Shown: in pieces, positions 36,090 through 47,184 of the stretch
Layout of the letters: each line of letters starts with the position of its first letter
Position numbering within the stretch: the first letter of the stretch is position 1
Notes under the pieces: generated by a model
What the model saw: the letters and a program-made list of their open reading frames with translations, nothing else
Told to the model about the DNA's origin: nothing
Database searches by the model: none
Made by a program: the position numbers and the translations under genes
Assembly: GCA_010909165.1 (NCBI GenBank)
Contig: MU008166.1
Coordinates: 930,001 to 994,000, forward strand
Source of the DNA: Anthoceros angustus
Lineage: Eukaryota > Plantae > Anthocerotophyta
Length of the DNA: 64,000 bases
Direction of reading: 5' to 3'

Positions 36090-39000
36090 TTACGATGAAA
36101 GAGCCCCACGACTAAACAATTGATCGAGAAAGTAAAGTGGTCGCCTCCGCCCAGGTCCCATACCAACCCTTTCACTTGGGGGAAATATAGGTACAAGAGG
36201 AATCTGGGACAAAATGCTGAGCATTTCCTTCAATGCTCTCTGCAACCACCACAAGCCAGGCAGTGAGTACATCAAAGAAAAAAGCCGTTCCCACATAAGA
36301 CCAACCGCCTGCTCGGAGAAATCTCACCTGTACTTCATACATTTGGAAGGAGCCTGCCCCAATATTGTTTCCTGGTCTCAGAGGATCATCAATCCACAAA
36401 AGGGTGCACCGGGCACGAGCCAAATCCTTCACAGGGATGTACCCACCTTGACCACTTTTTCCCTGTGATGTTGATTGAGATCAGGCCAGATTAACAAGAG
36501 CTGAAAATGAGCACACCACATGCCTTTCAGAGACAGAGACAAGAACATACAAGTTTGCAAGTGCTTACCTTCAGCATAAGTTGGACGCGAGAAAAATCCG
36601 TACTCTCAAACCACCGAAGAAACCCCAGCAGAAGCACACCAAGACCAGGTGCAGGCACAGCTTCCATTGCGTTCAGCAGTTCCTCCGCTATTGCTGCTGT
36701 TCGTGATGGTCTGCTTTCCCTGGAGACATGCGAACAGTTACCAACAGCCGCATCAGGGCGAGACCCATCAAGTGTTCGACTTGAGGTGGCGCTCGTTCCA
36801 CTCATCGTAGTGCTCTCATTAGATAAACTTGAAGCTGAAGTATTTGTCGAACAATACGAAGAAATCGAGGAATCGTCATCAACTTCATCAGCTTCATCAC
36901 GAGATGAAGCAGAATGGGTGGTATCCACAGAAGCATTTGTTGAGCATAAAGAGCGGGCTAAAGGTGTCTCCTGCGGCAGTCCCCAAATTGGTGCCCACTG
37001 CAGACAGAGAGCCAGACAAGATTGTAAGGTTCCACAAGGCCAAAAGCAACTGTAACAAATCTTCCAACACTGACCTAGCAGAAAGCATTCAGAACCTCAC
37101 AATTACCTCAAGATAGAAAACAAGCATGAGTGTCAGCGAAAATGACCCCAGGCCCCCAGAGTACACATCATTCAAGGAGCGCTGATGGAGGAAGCTTTTC
37201 AACAGAAGAACCTGGAAATCCACAGCACAAAATGCTCTAGTAGTTGACAATCATTGCAGAGCCACAAACAAGAAACGTGCAAAGACACCTACCAGAGGAG
37301 CCAAAGCAGGAAGCTGCCTGAGTCTTTCTATCACCCATTCTCTAGCTGCTTGACCGTTGTGATAATTGATGGTTGAATTCTCTGCAGGAGACAGGCCCCC
37401 AGAAGGATTTTGCTTCCTTCCAGTTCCAATAGTCACATCAATTGAAACAGGGGTGCCCTTATCCGTCGCGCCATCTGGTGTACAGCGCAGCTTCACAACT
37501 GGAATGGCTGCAGGAATCAGAGCTACGCTTGCAAAAACCTTTTCTTTGGTATTCTTCAGTGCCTTATAAAGCGAGTCTGTAAGAGCAGCTGCAGGCCCCA
37601 ACTGCTGACCTCCTTCCAAATTTTCAGTGCTGGGTGGTGGCGCATTCACCACTGCAACATCCACATCAGAGTGGGAAATGCAAAGGCCAGTCGCAAATGA
37701 GCCATACACCTATTAACAAAGTGGACAGGTGCACCCAAGATCAACACCAACAAAAAGCAATATTGCAGAAGAGGCAAAGCCAAAAACAGAAGCAGATGAA
37801 TGGAAAGTGGTGCAGACCTCAACATCTCCCCCTTCCCATAATTCCTTGACAGCCCGCCTCACACAATCAACTGCTGCCTCAGCCCGCCGACGGGCCTCAG
37901 GTGAGGGTCCAACCGACCGAGCGAACTCAAGAACCTCTGCATGAAGGGCGTCCACGTTTGGATGGGGAGGCGAGAAGACCAACTGTTGCTGATGCACATA
38001 AATTCCTGGAGGATATCCTGGTAGGGAAGTATAAGGTGGTGATGCCAGGACAACTGGCGATTGGTAAGCCCAGCCATTTGCTAAAGGGCTTTGCATTCCT
38101 AGTTCGCCCTCAATAGCATTCCTGTTTATTGGCCTGTAAGTCAGACCCTGCAAACCATCACCAGTACCATTACCTGCCCGAACACGGCGCTCCCTGTAGA
38201 GAGATGAGGAGGTAGGTGGAGGGAGTACATGATGCATATTGGGTGGTGGAGGTGACGTCGGTACACGCATGGTAACCAGGCTTTGGCGTGCATGAGCCAT
38301 TGGTACACTGTGCTGCTGAAGCTCAGCAGGTAGTGGCTGCTTCCTGTGATGGGGTTGGCGATCCTCCACATGCCTATCGTGCTTCGGATACTCAAACTGA
38401 GACCTGCGTGGCTCATGTACAGACCTGCTATGCTGAAACTGTGGATGAATCTTTGCATTGTGAGAAGAGGTGGGGGGCACCTGGTTCTGATCGTGCTGGA
38501 TCTGCTGGACCTTCGGCGTAGCCATCTCATGTCCACTCAGAGGCTCATCTGACTCTGCTGCTTGAACCGGGACATCCTTTGTAGCAGAGTCCGTCTTCTC
38601 TTTCAATACCTCGGCTGTTGATCTCAAGGAACCATTCAAAGACGTACTGGACACGGCAGGATCAGAATCATGTAACCTCCGAAGTACTGCTGCATCATTG
38701 CCTTGCCATGCACTCTTTTTATCTCCAGATTTGCTATGATGTAGTTCAACTTCTCCCTCCTCCAGGGGGCTACCCCTTTCTACCGAACCTCTTGCTTCAT
38801 CAACAATCACTTCACCCAGCCTTTGAGGCTCATTGGCTCCTCCAACAGGGCCATTTCCGGCAGAATCAGGAAACATGGACTTGGGCAAGGCCCCAGGCTT
38901 GCTCCAAGGCTGCGATCTGTCTCCTCTCTTGGCATCTCCCTCCGAGGCAGTTTGCTTGTCCTCAGCCAAAGGCAAAGCAGATGGCAGTCTGCTAGCATCC

Positions 39001-41220
39001 TCCACGCCTCCTCTTTTGCTAGGAGTCTGGAGGGCATCCACCTTCAGCTTTGGATGAGCCACCCACATGCTTTGTGGCTCGGCCTTGGGGCTGCGACTGG
39101 CAGCAGGAGACTTCAGCTTGCTCTTGTCAGTTATGCTGTCCACTAGGCTAAATTCTGTAGTCAGGTCAGGTATCGGTTTGAGGCTCTCTAACCTGCTGGC
39201 AGCAAGGCCAGTTCCACCATCTGCACCATACCCTGATTGGATCTCCCCACCAGAGGTCTCCAGCAAAGCTGGTGACATGCCAGCCTTTAAAGCTGCGCTG
39301 TAAGAAGCAAAGCCAGCTCTCCCATTGCCCCTGCTATGGCTCGACATAGAGTTGGCCTCGCTGCCAACCCCTGAGCCATTTGAATGTGACGTGTCTGTGC
39401 AACTCGACCCCACTTCACCACAATGGTTCACCTCAGAGTTCCCATTTGGATGCTCCATTTTCTTGAATTTCGCATCCTGAGGTTTGTCTTCTGTGCCTGA
39501 ACCATTGGCATCTACATGGATGCCATTCGCAACATAAACCTTCTTGGGTTTATCTTCCTCATGCCCCATCCAGCTTGACACAGTCCCTACACTGGAGGAG
39601 CCACTGCAAGAATCTGAGTCATCCCTGCGCATCCATTTAGCACAGCTGTCCACCCTGCCTTCCCTCTCCCTCCCACGAGCTGACGCCTCAGTTGCAAGCA
39701 TATTCAGAGTCATCAAGGCTGGAGAGCCGTTCGTAACGGTGCCATTGGCTAGAGGAGCTATCCTCCGCCTGATGCCAGCAGGAGAGTTAGGCACATGATG
39801 GCCACGGTTTACTTTATTACTCTTGGTAGGCACTGTTTGCCAGCCACCCTTGTCGTCCAATAAACCAAACAACCTGAGTAATGCCTCCGCCTGTCATTCC
39901 AGCTCTCACTCGGTAAGAATGCAAAGCCATCAAATACCTACCTTGATACTAGCCCACAACAGTGACAAACAGAACAGACCAAGACACAAGAGACAACCTT
40001 ACCTCGTCCCTGGAGAGGTCAAGCTTTACCTCCTCATTAGTGAGATCAAGCTTAAATTTCGAATATTCATAATGTCGCAAAACTGGACGGAAAGCCTCCT
40101 CGTCTAGAGGTGGCCGCTGCTCCCGGAGCCGCATTCTAACCTGAAGAGAGGCAACCCAAGAAACGTTACACAAAACAATCTCTCACATTACCCCCCACAG
40201 AGGAGACTGATGGTGATGAAACAGCTGGACCGTTACCTGTCCAAGAATAAACAAAACACTCTCTAACATTTCCTCCCAGACAGGAGATTGATGATGATGA
40301 AACAGCTGGGCCGTTACCTGTGCAGGATACTTCGACCCAGGCCTCCCATTCCTGGAAAGATCCTTGCTTTCTGCCGCCCATGCATCTGGTTCTATGTTCA
40401 AGGCCCCATTACTTGAAGCCTGTGCAGTCAGTCGTAAGCCCAGAACGGAAAGGACGAAAATCAGGGTAGCCGGAAGGTCAGGCACCGAGTCCATCAACGG
40501 GCTCAGGAAATGTAGAACAACACAGCCGTACGTACCCCCAAAAAGCCCATACATACATACGTACATACATACATACAAACATCCAGGATGCAACCACTAC
40601 AATACAACCAGTGCGTACAAAGACAGAAACCCTAGAAAGCGAGACAAAAGGGGAAAGGACAATGCTGCCACAAACCTCGTAAACACCATGAAGCTTCCTA
40701 GTCGAATAATTATAGAGGAAAAGCGGCAACCCTGGTTGTATGGCACGAACAACGTCCTGGTACCTCTGCGGCAGCCCTGTACCCACCAATTGCACGGACA
40801 GTGAGCGGAGGGCAGAGAACCCGCAGACTGAATATGACAGCAAAGACGACGGGCGAACGCTGTGGATCCGACCCAAGGACATGGGTTCATGTGACCTCAA
40901 ACAGCATTGCAGCAGCAGCATCCAATTGACGGCAGCAGATGCAAACGGCTTCGCGGTCAGCTCAGCGGGCAAAATGCAGAGGAAGCAGAGGGAGGGAGAG
41001 GGAGGGCACACATACCAGGGTCAGAGAAGTCAAACATACCAAACAGGTGCCGGTCCAAATCCATGGTTTCGTTGCTACACATGAAGATGAAACCTCCCAG
41101 TTCCTCCCTGGGATTGGCCGGGACCGTCCTGGAGTCGACGACGCCGCTGGTGCCGCCGCCTCTGCGGGCATCCCTCTCGAAATTGCCCTCCAGATGAGGG
41201 CTCTTTTTGGTGGCAACCAT
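36090..41220 (-). CDS. Predicted DCD-domain / Trf4(PAP2)-like terminal nucleotidyltransferase fusion, 10 exons, about 1267 aa
   Basis: Exons 41220-41040, 40776-40676, 40419-40318, 40140-40030, 39890-37818, 37709-37293, 37211-37107, 36997-36569, 36462-36328, 36239-36090 are all GT-AG and in frame (3804 nt). DCD motifs: GGFIFMC, GLPQRY, PLFLYNYSTRKLHGVYEA, KYPAQV, FRPVL..YEYSKFKLDL. NTase motifs: YGSFATGLCISHSDVDV, SIDVT, LKSFLHQRSLNDVYSGGLGSFSL, IDDPLRPGNNIG. Confidence 0.85.
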
Positions 41221-42639
41221 GGTTACACGAGCACAACTAATTCTGCCTCATGTACATGAAGCGAAGCAAAATCCGAGACCAAGGTGGACAGGCAGGCCCG
41301 GGGGCTCCAAGCCCAAGAGCAAGAGCAACCAGCGAGATGAAATGGCGAGCACGCACGCTAAAGGAACCTCCTGCACGGCAACATGCCACAATCAGACTTC
41401 AAAAGCTTGCACCTTGGTAAGCAGGGCGATGAGGCCCCAGAATTGCGCCAGCCCGACACAAAGCCCGGGCTGGCAAGCAAGCGCGGACCTGGCGCGCGAT
41501 CCTACCCGCCCCAACACCCAGCAACCCTAGAGGAGCCTCACCCACCGCAATTGGGCAGGCCCGAGGCAGCAGGCCCACCGCGACCAGCCAATGCAGACGC
41601 TAAGCCGGCAATTGGGTGCAACATTCAATCAGCAGCAGGCGGCATGGCAATTCAGAGGGCCAGGCAGCAGAAACAGGCGTCCGGGGAGGCGCCCAGAGCT
41701 CCCTCCTGGGAGAAGAAATCGCCCACCACGCTCCACGGTCCAGGCGCCCTCCCTCCTGGAATGGCAGCAATCAGGAGCCCCGCGAGGCGTCGATGCAGGC
41801 AAACCCACCGCAGCGGCCCTCCTGCCGACCATCACCGGGAGGCACCCACAAGCACGCCCGGGGACCCGGCGCCCGGGGGAGGGGCAGCAGAGGCCGCTGG
41901 GTTGCTGCGCGGAACAATCCTCTGCCGATCGCAGGCGGAAGCAGGGCGGAACACCCTGGGCAGGCAGGGTGCGGAGCAGTTGGGAGACTGGCTCGGGAAT
42001 GTGGCGATGGGGGGAGTGGCGAGTAAAGAGGGGGGGAGGCCGCACGAGCACAAACAAGCAGGGGGGCCCAGGCAGCAGGGAGCGGGGACGGAGCACGGGG
42101 CGGGGCAGGGCAGGGCAGGGCTCGGCTCTGAAGGGCGAGCAGGGGAGGGAAAGGGAAGGGAAGGGCAGCAGCGGGGGCCCGGAGCCGGAGCAGAGAGGCA
42201 GTGCACAGCCCACAGCCCAGCAGCACAGCGCGCATGAAAGAGGCAGCGAAGCAAGGAAGGCAAGTGAAGGAAGAGAGGATGAAGAGGGAGAGGCGGCAGG
42301 TAAGCGTCTCGACGGAGACAGACGAGTAGCAACACAGCCCTACCCTCCAACTATGCCTGTCCTCTTCTCCCACCTCGGCCTTGGCCTCGGGCTCGGGCCT
42401 GGCCGCCTTCCTCTGCCCGTGGTAACTTCACGCTCTGCCCACAGTAAAGCCGCTCCTGGGTCTCTCGCATGGGATGGATGCCTCGCCTTCGATGGATGCA
42501 TGCTTTCTCTACCTGCTGCAATGTTACATATGTAGCCTTCAATCATGCGGCACAATCTTTGACGATTAGCTTTTCCTCAAGGTTTTTTTATATCTATAAA
42601 GCTAGATATCTGTATCATATATTTTACGTCCTAAGCGAA

Positions 42640-42734
42640 CTAGGTTTGTCTTTGCGCCGGCATACCGGCGCATAAGCATCATTGATTGGAGAAATTCATA
42701 ACAATGATGAAACATGCGCCGGCATACCGGCGCA
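42640..42734 (-). mobile_element. Helitron-type 3' terminus (GC hairpin plus CTAG|T); hairpin duplicated; body and 5' end unresolved
   Basis: Palindrome TGCGCCGG-CATA-CCGGCGCA at 42653-42672 and 42715-42734. On the minus strand the first is followed by AAGACAAAC-CTAG then T. Confidence 0.6.
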
Positions 42735-43054
42735 CTAAACATTTTCTATTAGAAAAACTGGTAACAATGACAAGAAATTGACACAAGAGATATTCATAGT
42801 AGCTAATATCGCTCATTGATAGTCTCATGTTTCTAAGTCCTGTGACATGGTAGTACATATGGTGTTTCCTAGTTCCATGTCACGACATCCATCCATGGAG
42901 CAATTCTATAATACTACAATTTTCACTCAAGAGTTACATGTACGTCGATTTAAGATAAGGCAAAGCTGACAAAGCTCCCATCCACAAAAACTCTGGCACT
43001 CTGATTGTGTTTCCATCACAGTGCAAGGAATATGTTACTGTTGTCATGCGCGTT

Positions 43055-43265
43055 ACGTCCAACCTCCACCTCCATTTAAATACAAGCAGAAAGAAAGTAC
43101 TAGAGGTTCTCGGAATCCATCCAGCTAACACAAGCACTGTTTGGGACGTCCAACCTCCACTTCCATTTAAATAGAAGCAGAAAGAAAGTACTAGAGGCCG
43201 AATCCATCCAGCTAACACAAGCACTGTTTGGGAGAAGGTACTAGAGGTTCGCTGCATCCATCCGT
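43055..43265. repeat. Tandem repeat of about 90 bp, 2 copies plus a partial third
   Basis: ACGTCCAACCTCCAC...GTACTAGAGG...CACAAGCACTGTTTGGG at 43055 and 43146, partial at about 43233. Confidence 0.85.
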
Positions 43266-43523
43266 CTGTGTAGATGTGGCAAAGACTTGATGGTGGGGTC
43301 GGAGGATGGCGCAGGCGGATCGATCACTCGCCGACCGACATGGTGGTGGGAAGCGAGTCGACAGTTAGATCGCCAAAGGCATCGGATGGGGTGGAAGAGC
43401 GATCCACTCACACGCCAATGACGTGGTGGGGGGAAACTCGCAACTTATATCATTGGATGCTCAACCTAAGTACGCGAATCATAGTCACGTGGGGAGTCGT
43501 GTTGCAAAGTGTCCTCGACTGGA

Positions 43524-43670
43524 GAGTGAATAATCTACTATTAATTCCTTTAGCACCCGCCTCACGACCACTTGAGGCTCTTAAATGCGTGGGGGTTCCA
43601 GTCGAGTGAATAATCTACTATTAATTCCTTTAGCCTGTAGCCTGCTGCCTCACGACACCGTGTGAGGCTT
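43524..43670. repeat. Direct repeat with an 80-bp period
   Basis: GAGTGAATAATCTACTATTAATTCCTTTAGC at 43524 and 43604. Confidence 0.8.
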
Positions 43671-44563
43671 GCGAAGCATAACCGTGCGTGTGGGGGTTGG
43701 TGTAGAGGACCATTTACTCAGCTGCGCAAGCAAGCTCGTGGCTTTACAAACCCAGGACAACATGGAGGTGGATGAGCGTGTGTACAAGTGTCATGGATTG
43801 GTGTAAATACATGTTGGATGGAGAAGAGACTGCTCTCTTGTGTATACAAAGAGACCAATGTTACCATGTTCCATACACGCAAGAATATATCCATACAAGG
43901 TTGGAAGCATGGTCCGATCCTTCGTGTGGGCTCGTTTCCTTGACCGATTGCATCTTGACCGCTGGTATGGGCATGGGCAACCGCGTCGCGGGTGGCAGAA
44001 TGGGGGCAGGCCTGGGCCAGGGCTGGCCAGGGCCAGGGCCAGGGCCAGGGCCGGGGCTGGGGCCGGGGTCGGGGTGTGGAAGGTGTGGAATGGATTCTAG
44101 GCGCATGCACGTTTGTTCATCAAATGCCGGTGGAGCTCAGGTAGCCGTATGAGTAGTTGGCATCAAATGGGAGGCTCAGCCTGACGCCAGGCTGAGTCAA
44201 CATGACGAGGGGGGGGGGCCAGGAACTGTGTCCAAACACACCGGCGTGCGCCGCGACCCACTTGAGCTCGAGTAAATCTTTCCATGTAGGTAATTGCGGG
44301 TTGACCCACGACACTGACACACAGCTCCAGTTCCCGCGCATTGCATGCCCCCGCGGTGGCCCGGCCTCGGCCTCGGCCTCGGACGGGTGACGGGTGCCGG
44401 ATGCCGGCTGCCACCACTATGGCATGCCATGCAATGCCCGGGAACTTTGCCCACTCCGGATCACTCGGACGCACACTTGCGGGGGCACCCCCGGGACCCA
44501 AATAATGCAAAAATAATAGGGAGCAACTTATTCCAACCCCAACGGCCGGGGACCATGTTCGAA

Positions 44564-45836
44564 TCATTTGCACGTAAACCCTCGGCAGATGGACACCCAG
44601 ATTACAAGAGCTAGCACCGCGAGGATGAGCAGGACCACCAACTTTATCTTCATATTCTGGAGCCAGAATTTGTTCTTCAGCTGTTTCGTCCGAGTTTGGT
44701 ACAGATTGGCCTGGGAAAATCCAACGTGGCACCCGTCAAATCCGACTGCACCAATAGGAACGCTACTTGCCTATACAGGACTCGTCACGTGCCACAGACT
44801 CTGCCTGATAACTCATGCGCAACACGTAAAGACCTAAATCAAGCAACCCGGGCCCATGACAGTAAGTGCAGCAGATTAATCGGAGAGCTCACTTGATCCT
44901 GCAGGACCTGTGACTTGTCCACCAAGATCTCGATCTTCTCACCCCGTTGGAGAACCTAACTCGCACAAGTGGAATCCGTCAGATACGGTTAACCTGGCGC
45001 CTTTGCTTCATGCATTGGTTCCCTCCTCCTTCCAAGACACCCTACTCGAACATTTGTACCAAAGGGCACGGAGAGGAAACGTACCTTCTCTATGTTATCC
45101 GCCATCACTCCCTTCACCTGTTCAACTTGAGCTTTGATTTTCGTCAGCTTGTTCATCTCGTCTGGATGGTCCGTCACATACTGCATGTGCTCTTTCAGCT
45201 TGGGTCTGCCAGTTACACACACTCTAGTTACCAGGCTTTCCACCAAAGATGGCGTTTCCACCATGACACGGCTAAGACGCTCACTGCCTCAAGTTACTTT
45301 CTCCTTCTTACCCAAACTCCCTGTCAAGGCTGTGAGCCTGGGCCGTGTCAGCCTTTCCTCCTCCGTATCGCTTCTTGAAGTCATCCTTCACACGCTCCAG
45401 GAAAGCATAGGGCAACTGTCTTCCCAGTGATTCATCGGCAACAACCAGGTACGCTGTGACATAGCAAACAGCCGGAATCAGATCATCGCACATGAGGAGT
45501 CATCTAACTTTGCATCACACTGGCGCGCTACTCGTTCAAACCAGCCAACTGATGGCAACAACCAGCTGGCATCACAGGTCTGTGTACGACACCCTCTAGT
45601 GTACAATTCTGGAAGGAAACAGGAGGTCACAAGGAGCAAGCCGTACCGAATCCACCTTCGAGTAGATAGTTGAAAGTGTGCTTGTCGGAGGTGTATGTCA
45701 CCTTGTCGGCAGAGGCTGGCGTCTTCTCCAGGCATTGCTGCGCAATCTCATTTGCGTTTCCAGGGAAGGCTTTGTATTCAGCTAGCACCACAGTGCCTCT
45801 GGCCACAAAACTATACACAAAGGACTGCTGACCCAT
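44564..45836 (-). CDS. VAMP72: VAMP72-type longin R-SNARE, 5 exons
   Basis: [21 protein letters not shown] longin domain, [46 protein letters not shown] (R zero layer), and TM anchor [30 protein letters not shown]. Confidence 0.95.
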
Positions 45837-47184
45837 GGTTATATCAGACTATCAGCCTCCTGCTCACTTATACACTTGGATATGTAGCTGCTTAGTGCTG
45901 GGCCCAAATCCTGTAGCCTACGGCAAACAGACAACAACCAGAACATAGTCCTGCATAAGGGCAAAAGAGACGGACGCAACAGAGTTTAGGAGCGAAAGTA
46001 AACATGTTAAAAAACTTCCTTCACAGGCTTACGACCCCAGCACATCCGCAAACATGGAGCCGGTACACTAGCAAACGGAGGGCTACAAACACGAAGTGCA
46101 GCATCCGTGAAAAGCATCCACGGATGCATCTTACATCAGTAACCGAGGAGCAGGAGAGACATCCTATACATAAGAATGAGCCCTCCGAAATCAACATAGT
46201 AAACAACCGAGGAATCTTGCCCCCGGCGGTACTCAGAAGCAAGGTCAGCAAGGGGCCGTCACTAGGCCCAACAATGCGCACTCCGGCACCATACTGTCTC
46301 AATCGGCCAAGCTCCGATTGTTTTCAGGAACAGAACGCACAAAACCAGCACAATACGGCAGCGCAAGCAACAAGCTGCACAGGGACAGGGCAGCTCGCAC
46401 CAGTACCTCAATCGAGAGCTTGCGGTGCATCCAAATGCCTCGTGAAGCTCCCTTCTCCGCAGATCGCAGCTGCAAGGACGCAATTTTCTCAAACTACCCG
46501 GGGAAAACAGCGTGCACACCGGCTCTGCAGGATCCGCTCGGAAACAACCACAAGGACGGTCGCAGGAGCGAAGCTTCCACCTGACCTATGCACAAGTCCG
46601 CACCTGGCGCAATCCCCGCGACCCGCCGCTGCCAGATCTGCAATCCGGAAAGGAGTAGCGGCTCCTGCACGCCGCTGCAGCAGCTTCTTCAAATCTGCGG
46701 AGGGAAGGTGGAGGGGAAGGGAAGGGAAGGGAAGGGGAAGGGGAGCGAGGAGTGCAGGGAGAATGCGGGGAGAGAGGAAAGTTGTGCGCGTTGATTTTTG
46801 GGGGGAATTTTGGACGAGTCTGTGCGCTGTTGATGAAACCCTTGTTTACATTATTCAAACGTTCCTTTAGCGCGTCGTCCGTCCGCAATTACCAGCTGCG
46901 GTTAGAAACTAAGCCGTCCCAAAATTAACCGCGGTGGTCGGAGTATATTCCTCATGTGCTTCAGATTGCAATACACACTTGGCGATTCTCATCACAATAC
47001 GTTTCTAACGTCTCTAAACCCATCATTTCTTATAGCAGAACCTAGTAATACGTTTGTTCGGCAGACTACGTTGCAACCAGTGACGGTGCTGAAGACTAGG
47101 TTGCAGTCAGTGCTGAAGGATGTCAAGTCCGCAAAGAGGATCGGTTGTCACTCCCAGACCATGTTCTGATCCCGTTTGTAGTTA

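Noticed and set aside
41383-42535. Overlapping long ORFs and a strong + strand donor (CAG|GTAAGC near 42299)
   Set aside because: GC-rich with no recognisable domain and no convincing acceptor or downstream exon.
43055-43265. Repeat arrays here and at 53368-53504 as CRISPR arrays
   Set aside because: Contiguous tandem units without unique spacers, no cas genes, eukaryotic context.
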